The notes: generated from the sequence alone by a model not told the origin. Counted from the stretch's first letter, positions 21,933 to 32,855 are shown. The stretch: DNA of 64,000 bases from an uncultured cyanobacterium (GCA_963740315.1 CAVUDP010000001.1:1312001-1376000), one strand, 5' to 3'. Translations and numbers: made by a program.

Positions 21933-23111
21933 CTACTTTGGTAAAGAAATAATAAACTTAGCACCTTCACCAAGACGACTTTGAGCGGAAATACTACCTT
22001 TATGACGTTCAACAATTCTGCGACAAATTGCTAAACCCAAACCCGTACCTTCATACTTATTAGCATTGTGCAGCCGTTGACAAGGCTCAAAGATGTCGTC
22101 AAGATGTGCTTCATCGAAACCGATACCGTTATCTTCTACAACTATTTCAAATGGGCTATCTGAAGCTTGATTTTGACATTTATGAGTTTGATAAATTTTG
22201 ATAACTGGCGTAATTTGTGGCTGATGATATTTTAAAGAATTACCTACAATATTTTGAAATAGTTGGTACATTTGACCGGAATCAGCCATGATAGTTGGTA
22301 ATTCCCTTACTTCTATAACTGCATCTGTAGAAGTATCCGCCTGTAAATCTGATACAACTGCTAGGACAAGTTTAGTTAAATTTACTTTTTCAAAAGATTG
22401 CCCCTGGGTTGTGACAAGGGAAAAACTGAGTAAATCCTCAATCAAGGTTTGCATTCGACTTTTAACTTTTTTAATGCGTTGCAGATAGTCAATTCCTTGC
22501 TCATCTAATACCTGACTGTAATCTTCTTGGAGATACTCCGAGAGAATTTGTATTTTGTGCAGCGGTGACATTAAATCGTGAGACACGACGCTAGCAAAGT
22601 CTTCTAAGTCGCGATTGCTACGTTCTAACTCCGTAAGTAAGCTTTTTAATCTGGCTTCAGCTTGCTTGCGTAGGGTAATATCTTGAATCTGAGCAATAAA
22701 GTATAGTGGTTGTTGTGTATCGCGTACCAAAGAAACGCTGAGTAAAATCCAAACAATATATCCACTTGAATGTAAATAGCGCTTTTCCATTTGGTAAGTA
22801 CGAATTTCACCCGCAAGCATTCGGCGCACGCAATCCAAATCTTTTTCTAAATCATCGGGATGAGTAATTTCCTGAAAAGTTTTATCGAGTAATTCGGTTT
22901 CTCTATAGCCAACAATTTCGCACAAAGCATGATTAACCTTCAACCAGCGCCCATCAAGAGCTACAACAGCCATTCCAATTGGTGCATCGTTAAAAGCTAA
23001 ACGAAATAATTCGCCCTCAAATGATTGTCCTTCTTGCTTTAACTGCACGATGTCATTATTATTATTTCTAGAAACAAATTTTATATCTCTACTGCTAAAA
23101 TATTCCAACAC
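21933..23111 (-). CDS. PAS/PAC sensor histidine kinase
   Basis: PAS (APIGMA..THPDD..EKRY..QIQDIT), ELERSNRDLEDFASVVSHDL, GTGLGLAIC. Confidence 0.92.
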   Translation of the reverse strand: MLEYFSSRDIKFVSRNNNNDIVQLKQEGQSFEGELFRLAFNDAPIGMAVVALDGRWLKVNHALCEIVGYRETELLDKTFQEITHPDDLEKDLDCVRRMLAGEIRTYQMEKRYLHSSGYIVWILLSVSLVRDTQQPLYFIAQIQDITLRKQAEARLKSLLTELERSNRDLEDFASVVSHDLMSPLHKIQILSEYLQEDYSQVLDEQGIDYLQRIKKVKSRMQTLIEDLLSFSLVTTQGQSFEKVNLTKLVLAVVSDLQADTSTDAVIEVRELPTIMADSGQMYQLFQNIVGNSLKYHQPQITPVIKIYQTHKCQNQASDSPFEIVVEDNGIGFDEAHLDDIFEPCQRLHNANKYEGTGLGLAICRRIVERHKGSISAQSRLGEGAKFIISLPK

Positions 23112-23631
23112 AACCGGACACGATCTAGTCTACATATTCTATCTTGACACAAGACATTTGCTCTTAGACGCGATCCTATCAACGTCTTTACAAGCGAATT
23201 CATCCTAAAATTTAGTAATAAGATTATTCTTTCTCAAGAATTCAATGAATAGTATTTTATTATACTTCGGTTTTAGCTAATATCTGTTATATCGGTAAAG
23301 TTATTAATATCAGCCTCCATACAAAGAGGTGTAAAGTATAAAAAATCTTAATTATATTGAAAGAGGAATACAATATACCAGCGATCGCGCAAATAGATAA
23401 TTGTTAAAAAATAACAAATAAATTGCAGTGTAAGTTCAGAATGCCACTATTATAACGTCTTTCGATTAGCGATAGATAAATATTGCAATTTGGCTTAAAA
23501 AGGTTGCAGAATTAACTAAAATAAGATATTTTTCTAATATTTTGTAAATTATCTGACAAGATAGTTAATATTCCTATTAGATAGATTTCATAGTACTTAA
23601 TTTTATCAAATAATAATCGGGCAGAAAATAT

Positions 23632-25317
23632 ATGGGACAAGGTTTATTGCAGATAGGGTTAACCCTTGCTGTTGTAATCATTATTACCCCGATCTTCGGG
23701 AAATATATAGCTAGTGTTTTTATGGGTGGATCTTCATTACTCGATAGGGTAATGAATCCAATAGAACAAGTTATTTATAAGCTGGCAGACGTAAAAGCTC
23801 AAGAAAACATGAATGGTAGGCAATATGCCTATTCTTTGCTGCAAAGCAACTTATTCATGGGTATTTTAGTATATTTGCTAATTAGTTTACAAAAGATTTT
23901 GCCGTGGAACCCAAATGGTTTTGGTGCGCCAAGGTGGGATTTAACACTACATACTACAATTTCATTTTTAACTAATACAGGGCAGCAGCATTACTTAGGG
24001 GAAAAAACTCTAAGTCATTTTAGTCAAAGTGCAGCTTTAACCTTTTTAATGTTTGTCTCAGCTGCCACGGGTTTAGCAGTAGGTATTGCTTTTCTTCGTG
24101 CGTTAACTGGTAAACCTTTAGGAAATTATTACGCGGATTTGATTCGGGGAATCACCCGTATATTGCTGCCAATTTCTATTATTGGAGCGATCGTATTATT
24201 GGCTCAAGGAGTACCGCAAAATTTAGCAGCACCTTTGATTGTAGAAACCTTAGAGGGTAGAACTCAGTATATCGCCACAGGACCAGTAGCATCCTTTGAA
24301 ATTATCAAACTTTTGGGTACAAACGGCGGTGGTTTTTTTGGTGCAAACTCCGCCCATCCTTTTGAAAATCCCAACAGTGCGACTAATTTAATTGAAATTA
24401 TCGCCATGATATCTATTCCAGCAGCGATGATATTCGTTTACGGTGCATTTACCAACAATATTAAACAAGCTTGGCGACTGTTTTGGATGATATCTATAAT
24501 TTTTCTAGTTTTGGTTTGGATTACAGCAGGTGGAGAATCTCAGGGAAATCCCCTGGTAAACGCCAACTTAGGAGTTGAACAACCCAATCTAGAAGGCAAA
24601 GAAGTTAGATTTGGCTGGGCACAAACAGCGCTATGGGCAGTCATTACTACTGCAACCATGAACGGTGCAGTTAACGGAATGCACGATTCCTTAATGCCAG
24701 CTGGAGGTTTTGCCACCTTATCAAATATGTTTTTACACGTAATTTGGGGTGGTATTGGCATCGGAATAGTTTATTTATTGATTTATCAATATTTAACCGC
24801 ATTCGGGGCGGGATTAACGATCGGTAGCACCCCAGAATTTTTCGGACGCAAAATTACAAAACGCTCAATAATTCTGGCGAGTTTGGTAGTGATAGTTGTT
24901 CCTATCTCCGTATTAATTCCCAGTGCGATCGCGATCGCTTATCCCATATCCTTATCTGGAATCAGCAATCCTGGATTTCATGGAATTTCCCAGGTAGTTT
25001 ACGAATATATTTCCGCCAGCACCAACAACGGTTCCGGCTTTGAAGGCTTAGTAGACAATACCTTGTGGTGGAACTTAAGTACTGCTGCGAGTATGTTACT
25101 AGGACGTTACGTCACAATATTCGCTATTTTACTTTTAGCAGATACTATGGCACGTACAAAACCAGTACCCGCAATTCCTGCTACCTTAAAAACCGACACA
25201 CTTTTATTTACCACTCTCAGTGCCGGAGTAATTTTAATTTTAAGCTTTTTAATCTTCTTTCCCATCCTAATCAACGGTCCCATAGCCGAAGGATTTAGAC
25301 TAGCGACACAACAGTAA
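23632..25317 (+). CDS. kdpA: K+-transporting ATPase subunit A (divergent)
   Basis: LGTNGGGFFGANSAHPFENP, EGKEVRFG, NNGSGFEGL. Confidence 0.93.
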   Translation: MGQGLLQIGLTLAVVIIITPIFGKYIASVFMGGSSLLDRVMNPIEQVIYKLADVKAQENMNGRQYAYSLLQSNLFMGILVYLLISLQKILPWNPNGFGAPRWDLTLHTTISFLTNTGQQHYLGEKTLSHFSQSAALTFLMFVSAATGLAVGIAFLRALTGKPLGNYYADLIRGITRILLPISIIGAIVLLAQGVPQNLAAPLIVETLEGRTQYIATGPVASFEIIKLLGTNGGGFFGANSAHPFENPNSATNLIEIIAMISIPAAMIFVYGAFTNNIKQAWRLFWMISIIFLVLVWITAGGESQGNPLVNANLGVEQPNLEGKEVRFGWAQTALWAVITTATMNGAVNGMHDSLMPAGGFATLSNMFLHVIWGGIGIGIVYLLIYQYLTAFGAGLTIGSTPEFFGRKITKRSIILASLVVIVVPISVLIPSAIAIAYPISLSGISNPGFHGISQVVYEYISASTNNGSGFEGLVDNTLWWNLSTAASMLLGRYVTIFAILLLADTMARTKPVPAIPATLKTDTLLFTTLSAGVILILSFLIFFPILINGPIAEGFRLATQQ

Positions 25318-25510
25318 CCAGTGAGCAGTGAGCAGTGAGCAGTGAGCAGTAACCAGTAACCAGTAACCAGTTAAAAGCACCGAACCACCGGAGTTAAGAA
25401 TTAGGAGTTAGGACCACCGGAGTTAGGAATTGGGAATAATTTTTATTTCTCCCCATCTCCCCATCTCCCCATCTTTCCCTCTCCCCCCTCTCCCCCCCTC
25501 CCCCTCCCAC
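25311..25510. repeat. STRR block between kdpA and kdpB (CAGTGAG, CAGTAAC, TAGGAGT, CCCCATCT)
   Basis: Direct reading. Confidence 0.8.
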
Positions 25511-25516
25511 ACGCCT

Positions 25517-27619
25517 ATGAACCCAGTCGCGACTACCTCTAAATCTAAACTTGCCACCGATCGCCCTAACGAATTTCGTTCGCGTAAAAAAGTAAGGGCA
25601 AGTAAAAAAGGTCTTTATCCCAGAGCAATAAAAGACGCTTTTGCTAAATTTAATCCCAAACACATTATTAAAAATCCCGTCTTGTTGGTGGTTTGGGTAA
25701 GTTGTCTTGTTACTTTAACAGCAACAATTTTCCCTGCTTTATTTGGTTCGCCTGCTACAACAAATGCGCGAATTTTTAATGGTACAGTTACCTTCGTTTT
25801 ATTTTTAACCGTATGGCTGGCTAATTTTGCCGAAGCCTTTGCTCAAAGTCGTGGAAAAGCACAAGCTGATGTATTGCGATCGATTAAATCCGATATCATA
25901 GCCAAAAAACTTTTCGCTGACGGTAACATTTCCGAAGTTGCGGCTACCAGCTTGCAACGCGGCGATACCGTATATGTCGTAGCTGGTGATGTTATTCCCA
26001 CCGATGGGGAAGTAATCATGGGTGCTGCAAGCGTCGATGAAAAAGCAATTACCGGGGAATCGGCTCCCGTACTGAAAGAAGCTGGTTCTGATGTTGCCAG
26101 TTATGTTACCGGCGGTAGCCGTGTTATCTCTGATGAATTAATAATCCGCATTACGGTTGATCCAGATAAAGGGTTTATCAATCGGATGATTTATGTAATT
26201 GAAAGAAGAGAACGTAAAAAAACACCAAATGAAGCTACTCTCACGGTTTTGCTAGCATTAGTTAGCTTGATATTTCTATCAGTGGTCGCAACTTTTCCAG
26301 CCCTAGCATATTATCTAAAAACTCCAATTAGCGTACCTATTTTAATTGCTATTTTTGTGGCATTAATTCCCACAACAGTTGGTAGTTTACTTAGTGCTAC
26401 CACCATTGGAGGTATGGATCGCATTGCTCAGTTAAACTTAATTGCCACTTCAGCTAGAGCTATAGAAGCCTGTGGGGATGTCAACACCTTAATTCTTGAT
26501 AAAACAGGTACCGTAACCAGAGGAAACCGATTAGCAGATGGTTTTATTCCGATCGACGGTCATACAATGCCCGAAATTGCTTATGTAGCTTTAGCGGCAA
26601 GTATATTTGATGACACTTCAGAAGGAAAATCAATTGTTCGTTTAGCACAAAGATTGGGAGCGAGAATTGATTTCGACTATCAAGCAGCCGAAGCAATAAA
26701 ATTCAACCCTACAACAAGGATAGGCGGTACTAATTTACCCAATGGTTCGATGGCTCGTAAAGGTGCTGTAGATGCGGTCAAAAATCTTGTAAAATCGCTT
26801 GGTAGTGAAGAAACATCCGAACTCAATTCAGCTTATGAAATGGTATCTCTACAAGGAGGTACGCCGCTAGCCGTATGTATGAATAATGAAATTTACGGCA
26901 TTATTTATTTAAAAGATACTATTAAGCCAGGAATACGCGAACGCTTTGGACAATTGCGGCAGTTAGGCGTGCGTACCATCATGATTACTGGCGACAACCA
27001 TATAACTACTTCTGTAATTGCCAGAGAAGCTGGAGTTAAAGAATTTATTGCCGAAGCCACACCAGAAGACAAAATAGCTGTAGTTCAACGAGAACAAGCA
27101 GAAGGTAAATTAGTGGCAATGACAGGGGATGGTAGCAACGATGCAGCAGCATTAGCCCAAGCGAATGTTGCGGTAGCCATGAATAACGGTACTCAAGCAG
27201 CCAAAGAAGCAGCCAATATTATCGATTTGGACTCAGATCCCACAAAACTAATTGATATCATCAGCATTGGTAAACAAGTGCTAATGACTCGTGGTGCTTT
27301 GATCGCATTTTCAATTGCAAATAATATAGTTAAATACATTGCAATTATTCCAGTAATCTTCGCTTCTACGAACTCAAATAAACTAAATATTATGAACTTG
27401 ACTAGCACCAATTCCGCCGTGCTGTCAGTATTAATTTACAACGCATTAATTATTCCAGCATTAATTCCCTTAGCCCTCAGAGGTGTACCATTTACACCAA
27501 TGACACCAAATCAAATTTTACAACGCAATCTTTTGATTTATGGTTTAGCCGGTTTAGTTATTCCGTTTGTTGTCATTAAATTGATAGACCTAATAGTTTC
27601 CCTAACGGTTTTAGCCTGA
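25517..27619 (+). CDS. kdpB: K+-transporting ATPase subunit B (divergent)
   Basis: TGES, IPTT, DKTGT, RKGA, TGDN, TGDGSND; ATG at 25517 (upstream 29 codons of ORF track are repeat-derived). Confidence 0.93.
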   Translation: MNPVATTSKSKLATDRPNEFRSRKKVRASKKGLYPRAIKDAFAKFNPKHIIKNPVLLVVWVSCLVTLTATIFPALFGSPATTNARIFNGTVTFVLFLTVWLANFAEAFAQSRGKAQADVLRSIKSDIIAKKLFADGNISEVAATSLQRGDTVYVVAGDVIPTDGEVIMGAASVDEKAITGESAPVLKEAGSDVASYVTGGSRVISDELIIRITVDPDKGFINRMIYVIERRERKKTPNEATLTVLLALVSLIFLSVVATFPALAYYLKTPISVPILIAIFVALIPTTVGSLLSATTIGGMDRIAQLNLIATSARAIEACGDVNTLILDKTGTVTRGNRLADGFIPIDGHTMPEIAYVALAASIFDDTSEGKSIVRLAQRLGARIDFDYQAAEAIKFNPTTRIGGTNLPNGSMARKGAVDAVKNLVKSLGSEETSELNSAYEMVSLQGGTPLAVCMNNEIYGIIYLKDTIKPGIRERFGQLRQLGVRTIMITGDNHITTSVIAREAGVKEFIAEATPEDKIAVVQREQAEGKLVAMTGDGSNDAAALAQANVAVAMNNGTQAAKEAANIIDLDSDPTKLIDIISIGKQVLMTRGALIAFSIANNIVKYIAIIPVIFASTNSNKLNIMNLTSTNSAVLSVLIYNALIIPALIPLALRGVPFTPMTPNQILQRNLLIYGLAGLVIPFVVIKLIDLIVSLTVLA

Positions 27620-27749
27620 CAGTTATCAATGAAAAATTATCAATTATCAATTGCGAATTAACCGTATTGTATTACCTTAACCTTATTACTTTATTACTTT
27701 GACCGTATTACCGTATTACCTTTAACCTTATTACTTTAAACTAACTATT

Positions 27750-28343
27750 ATGTCTAGATTTCGAGCAATTGTGAGAGCAATTCGCGTTACCTTGATTTTG
27801 TGGTTACTTACTGCAATTATTTACCCATTATTCATACTTTTAGTTGCTCAAGTTCCCTTATTTCAATATCAAGCAAAGGGAAGTATAATACTTGACTTAA
27901 ATAATGAACCAATTGGTTCGGCTTTAATCGGTCAAACCTTTACATCCGAAGAATATTTTCATAGCCGTCCTAGTAGTGTGCTATATAGTCAAGGGAAAAA
28001 AGCTCAACCTACGGGCATATCTGGTTCTAGTAATTTTGCTCCTAGTAACCCAGAATTATTAAACCGAATTTTGGAAACAGCAAACGAACTTCAAGACGAA
28101 AGTATTGATGCACGTGCCGATTTAATTTATGCTTCTGGTTCTGGTTTAGACCCTCATATTACATTCAAATCGGCTATGCAGCAGTTAAATAGAGTCGCTA
28201 ACGCTCGCAATCTACGACCCGATCAAGTTTATCCTTTCGTTGTCAAGTACACCAAAGGTAGATTTTTAAATATATTTGGCGAACCAGGAGTAAATGTCCT
28301 GAGATTAAATTACGCCCTCGACCTTCAAGAGAGAATAAATTGA
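27750..28343 (+). CDS. kdpC: K+-transporting ATPase subunit C
   Basis: GSALIGQTF, YFHSRPS, SGSGLDPHI, GEPGVNVLRLN. Confidence 0.93.
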   Translation: MSRFRAIVRAIRVTLILWLLTAIIYPLFILLVAQVPLFQYQAKGSIILDLNNEPIGSALIGQTFTSEEYFHSRPSSVLYSQGKKAQPTGISGSSNFAPSNPELLNRILETANELQDESIDARADLIYASGSGLDPHITFKSAMQQLNRVANARNLRPDQVYPFVVKYTKGRFLNIFGEPGVNVLRLNYALDLQERIN

Positions 28344-28442
28344 AGCTACTGGGAGGGGGGAGAGGGGGAAGAGGGGGAAGAGGGGGGAGAAAAAACTTTC
28401 TGTTTTTAGGATGCCTACTAGCGCTTCGCATTAATTATGACA

Positions 28443-28503
28443 GGTTTGTAGTAAGGGCTTAGGTTCCCTAAATCCGGAGCGAAGACGGCGCTTACTACGA
28501 ACC
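28443..28503. repeat. REP-like dispersed palindromic element, copy 3
   Basis: GGTTTGTAGTAAG...CTTACTACGAACC. Confidence 0.7.
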
Positions 28504-28614
28504 TTGATTACCCCGCATAATTAATGTGGTTAAGTACTACTATTACCCAATCCCCGATAAATCCAAAACAAAAGCATCCGTTGTTAAAATTTAAAATTTA
28601 AAATCTAAAATTCC

Positions 28615-29763
28615 ATGACTCGCGTAATTGGTTTAATGAGTGGCACATCGGTAGATGGTATCGATGCTGCTTTAGTAGATATTTTCGGTACAGATTTAGA
28701 TATAAAAATAGAACTGGTAGCGGGTGTTACATATCCCTACCCTATAGAAATTAGAGAACGTATTTTAGAAGTTTGTGCTGGTAAACCTATCTCAATGATG
28801 GAATTAGCCGAACTCGATGATGCGATCGCCAATTGTTTTGCCCAAGCTGCGATCGCGATTCAAACAGGTCATCAAAAAGCAACTTTAATCGGTTCTCACG
28901 GTCAAACAGTTTACCATCGTCCGCTAACCGGGTTTAGCTCCGGAAAACTTGCTTACAGCTTACAAATTGGTCGCGGTACATTAATTAACCATTTAACAGG
29001 CATTACTACCATAAATAATTTCCGTGCCGCCGATATTGCTGTCGGCGGGCAAGGTGCGCCTTTAGTACCTCGTATAGATGCAGCCTTACTCAGTCATGAT
29101 TCGGAAGCTCGCTGTATTCAAAACATTGGTGGAATTGGTAATGTTACTTATATTCCCGTCCGTGGCGGCGACTGGCTCTCAAAAATTCGCGGTTGGGATA
29201 CAGGACCTGGGAATAGTTTGCTCGATTTAGCAGTGGAACATTTAACTGATAAAGCAAAAACCTACGATGAAGATGGCAACTGGGCTGCAAGCGGCACCCC
29301 AAATTTGACATTAGTCGAACAATGGCTCGATCTAGAATATTTCCATCTACCGCCACCTAAATCTACTGGTAGAGAATTATTTGGAGTTGATTATTTGCAT
29401 CAGTGTATAAAAGATGCAGAAAGCCTTCAACTTACTCCAGCAGACTTTTTAGCAACTCTTACAGAATTAACGGCAGCCTCAATTGTTAGCAGCTACCGTA
29501 ACTTTTTACCACAAATGCCACACCGGGTATTATTATGCGGTGGCGGAAGTCGCAACCTTTATCTAAAACATCGTTTACAGCAATTATTAGGAACGATACC
29601 CGTTTCCATTACCAACGAAGTCGGTTTAAACGCCGATTTTAAAGAAGCGATCGCCTTTGCAGTTTTAGCATATTGGAAACACACAGATACCCCTGGAAAC
29701 CTACCCGCAGCCACCGGAGCAAGTCGAGAAGTACTTTTGGGAAACGTTTGGGAGATGGGGTGA
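28615..29763 (+). CDS. anmK: Anhydro-N-acetylmuramic acid kinase
   Basis: [44 protein letters not shown]. Confidence 0.95.
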   Translation: MTRVIGLMSGTSVDGIDAALVDIFGTDLDIKIELVAGVTYPYPIEIRERILEVCAGKPISMMELAELDDAIANCFAQAAIAIQTGHQKATLIGSHGQTVYHRPLTGFSSGKLAYSLQIGRGTLINHLTGITTINNFRAADIAVGGQGAPLVPRIDAALLSHDSEARCIQNIGGIGNVTYIPVRGGDWLSKIRGWDTGPGNSLLDLAVEHLTDKAKTYDEDGNWAASGTPNLTLVEQWLDLEYFHLPPPKSTGRELFGVDYLHQCIKDAESLQLTPADFLATLTELTAASIVSSYRNFLPQMPHRVLLCGGGSRNLYLKHRLQQLLGTIPVSITNEVGLNADFKEAIAFAVLAYWKHTDTPGNLPAATGASREVLLGNVWEMG

Positions 29764-30010
29764 GGGGGAGATGGGGTGAGGGGGAGAGGGGGTGAGGGGG
29801 AGAGGGGGACAAGGGGATGGGGTGATGGGGAGATGGGGAGATGGGGGGATGGGGGATGGGGTTCGGGGGTTCGGGGTAATTTAATAGCGAGCAAGATGCT
29901 CGCACTACTTTATATATATTCCTAACTCCTAATGATTTATTACTAATTACCAATGCCCAATGCCCAATGCCCAATGCCCAATGCCCAATGCCCAATGCCC
30001 AATGCCCAAT
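29750..30010. repeat. G-rich STRR, GCGAGCAAGATGCTCGCACTAC element and (CCAATGC)x8
   Basis: Direct reading; CCAATGC array 29950-30005. Confidence 0.9.
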
Positions 30011-30079
30011 TACCTAATTCAAACCGTGGGCTATACTAAATTTTGGCAGTACTGCAACAATACAGGGAATTATCCACAG

Positions 30080-30526
30080 GTGGCTCATAGTTTTTTACTC
30101 GAACCAGGACGCTGGACTCTACAAGGAAATTGGTTGGAACGTAATGGTATGCCAATCAGCGTCAAAGGTATGACCTTAGTTGCATGGAACCGAGATAACT
30201 GGTTCACTATGGTGACAAAATTGATTTTTCCTCAAACCGAACATCCCGAAATCTCTTTGCAGTACAAAGGACGTTTGGATGATGGGGAACGTCAGTATAC
30301 TTTTTTACTACAGCATAATTTATTAGGGCAAGTAGAAGGAGAAGGCTGGATTGGTCCGGAGACAATAGTTCAGCGCTATTGGGTATTAGGCGATCGCCAA
30401 CGACGCAGTGGATTTGAAACTTTGCATCGCGTGTCAACCAATACATATTATCTGACTAGCGGAATCATGGCAGGTCATTTTTTAACCAGCACAATGGAAG
30501 CCAGTGTAGAACGTCAAATCAGCTAA
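30080..30526 (+). CDS. Conserved hypothetical protein (beta-rich)
   Basis: GTG start at 30080 preferred; upstream part of the ORF-track entry is repeat-derived. Confidence 0.75.
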   Translation: MAHSFLLEPGRWTLQGNWLERNGMPISVKGMTLVAWNRDNWFTMVTKLIFPQTEHPEISLQYKGRLDDGERQYTFLLQHNLLGQVEGEGWIGPETIVQRYWVLGDRQRRSGFETLHRVSTNTYYLTSGIMAGHFLTSTMEASVERQIS

Positions 30527-30879
30527 CAGTGGGAATTGGGAATAGTGAGGAGTTAGAAGTTAGGAGTTAGAAGTTAGGAGTTAGGAGTTAAGAGTAAAAA
30601 GTTGTTGATATGTAATTATCCCCCCTCTCCCCATCCCCCCATCCCCCCATCCTCATTTCCTTCGTTTTTCACCGATTATCTTTTTTTTTCCCGGTAAGTT
30701 AAGTTTTTGGGTAAAAACTGGGCATTATAAATTTGAGATGAAGTTAATAATTGTACAAACTCACCGGGTATATCTACCTTTTTTTTTATTAGGGTCAATT
30801 TTTGATTTTTAAATCTTTTATATCCAATACCTGTCTTTCGAGCGGGTTTTATTTCATTTTTTTATAGATTGGAGTTTCT

Positions 30880-32451
30880 ATGTCAGACCCCAATATTGGT
30901 CGCTTACTCGCCAAGCGCTACCGGCTTCAGGAGATAATTGGTACTGGGGCTATGGGTCGAGTTTATCGTGCTAAGGATGTTTTGTTAGGAGGCGTACCTG
31001 TAGCAGTTAAGTTTCTCGCCCTCTCAGTCCAAAATACAAAAATGCGGTTAAGGGAACGTTTTGAGCGAGAAGCCAAAACTTGTGCCCTACTTGGTCAAAA
31101 AAGTATCCACATTGTTCGAGTGATGGACTACGGCGTGGACGAAAAGTCTACTCCGTTTTATGTCATGGAATATTTACACGGTAAAAGCCTCAGCCAAATT
31201 ATCCGCGATGAAAAACTAACTTTAAGACGGTTCTTAAGTATGGCGCGTCAAATATCTCTGGGTTTACAATGCGCTCATGATGGTATCTTTGTTGATGGCA
31301 AAGTCTGCCCAATTATTCATCGTGACATCAAACCTAGCAATATGTTGGCAATTCATGATGCTAGTTTTGGGGAATTAGTTAAAGTTCTTGATTTTGGTAT
31401 TGCCAAGCTATTACTCTCCGATACTCAACAAACTAATTATTATTTGGGTACTTTAGCTTATTCTTCTCCCGAACAGATGGAAGGTAAGGAACTTGATAAC
31501 CGCTCGGATATTTACAGTCTGGGTGTAATGATGTTCGAGATGTTGACAGGAAAGATGCCTTTAATCCCAGAAAATCCTTCTTTTGGGGGATGGTATAAAG
31601 TACATCACTATAAGCCACCTCGTCCTTTTTCTGAAGTTCAACCAAAATTACAATTACCTGTAGAGGTAGAAAATTTGGTAATGAAATGTCTGGCAAAGCA
31701 AGCAAAGGAACGTCCTCAAAGCATTAATGAAATTCTTAAGGATTTAGCATCTATAGAGGAGCGTTATAAAAATCAAGTCGGGGCAAGTAATAATGTTGAT
31801 GTCTACACAGCTGAAGATGCCTCCCTTGCTCCTACTGTTAAAGCTGATTTTACGCCAGAGAATCGACTTGATGTTAATACGTCGGTTTCTAATGACGAGA
31901 TTTTACGACAAGCTGTTTGGCCTAAAGATAAACCAATTGCTGATATCGTTTTTCCTCAAAATATACAGGTAAATGGTAATTTAACCCCTGCTCTGTGGAT
32001 AATGTTACCGCAAATAGAAATTCATAAGCGTTTGGTTTGCACCCGCTACAATCAATTTCTATTTATTACTGCACCTCACCCCATGCTTTTATGGATTACC
32101 GTTATTTACCATCGCAAATTCGGCGCGAAATGGCTACCTTACTATCTTGACCTTAAAAGCAATACGGGTAAAGACACTGCTACTCTGTTGGGAAAAACGG
32201 GTTACTACCGTCTGGTGTTTTTTGGACGAGAAACTCCTCTCTTTTGCAATCATATTTTACTTTCGAGTATTGCACCTGCTCAAGCAACTCGTCTGCTTGA
32301 TTGGGTTAATATGAGTCATATGTTACCATCTTCAGTTCAACCTCAATTTAGCAAAAAGTTGCTTAAAGCTGAGTATGAGAAGATTAAACCGCAAATTTTA
32401 GCAAAACTACAAGGAATTAATACAGATTCTCCTTTTGACCTTTCTGCTTAA
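30880..32451 (+). CDS. Ser/Thr protein kinase (SpkA-like)
   Basis: GTGAMGRV, AVK, HRDIKPSN, DFG, GTLAYSSPE. Confidence 0.92.
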   Translation: MSDPNIGRLLAKRYRLQEIIGTGAMGRVYRAKDVLLGGVPVAVKFLALSVQNTKMRLRERFEREAKTCALLGQKSIHIVRVMDYGVDEKSTPFYVMEYLHGKSLSQIIRDEKLTLRRFLSMARQISLGLQCAHDGIFVDGKVCPIIHRDIKPSNMLAIHDASFGELVKVLDFGIAKLLLSDTQQTNYYLGTLAYSSPEQMEGKELDNRSDIYSLGVMMFEMLTGKMPLIPENPSFGGWYKVHHYKPPRPFSEVQPKLQLPVEVENLVMKCLAKQAKERPQSINEILKDLASIEERYKNQVGASNNVDVYTAEDASLAPTVKADFTPENRLDVNTSVSNDEILRQAVWPKDKPIADIVFPQNIQVNGNLTPALWIMLPQIEIHKRLVCTRYNQFLFITAPHPMLLWITVIYHRKFGAKWLPYYLDLKSNTGKDTATLLGKTGYYRLVFFGRETPLFCNHILLSSIAPAQATRLLDWVNMSHMLPSSVQPQFSKKLLKAEYEKIKPQILAKLQGINTDSPFDLSA

Positions 32452-32492
32452 GTAAATACCACAGTGTTTATATCAAAACTGTGGTATTTACT
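32451..32492. terminator. 14-bp stem hairpin between convergent kinase and nblA
   Basis: AGTAAATACCACAG / CTGTGGTATTTACT. Confidence 0.65.
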
Positions 32493-32855
32493 CAGTTAAT
32501 ATTAATTTTTTTTAAGAAAATGCGTAGTAAGACTTAAAATACAGTTATAAAAATAAGAGATAGTTTTTGTTTTTTTTGTATGGGAATTAGCGAATTATTG
32601 CTTTAAGGTAATCCTTTAGAAGCTCCTGAGACGCAATAAATTTAAGTTTAATTTCTAATGTGCCACCTTGTTAAGGTTTGATGGCGCGAGCTATACACCC
32701 TAACTTTGAAAATATTATAAACAGGCTATATTTTTGAAAAATATGTTGTAAGTAAGACTAAGTTTATAGTTGATGCCCCGGCATCCCCAGCTTTTTTCCA
32801 ATAGAGCGGAACCTAGCAAGAGAAGGAGGTCATCCACTGTGACACTCACCATATT

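Noticed and set aside
23112..23631. Divergent PAS kinase acting as KdpD substitute
   Set aside because: No KdpD domains or KdpE-like regulator; adjacency alone is insufficient
25394..25663. Minus-strand ORF and 29-codon N-terminal extension of kdpB
   Set aside because: Both arise from the intergenic repeat block
27620..27749. kdpF/kdpG small subunit
   Set aside because: The only ATG ORF is 10 codons; the rest is short repeats
29559..29995. Two minus-strand ORFs (111 and 118 aa)
   Set aside because: Repeat-derived and antisense to anmK
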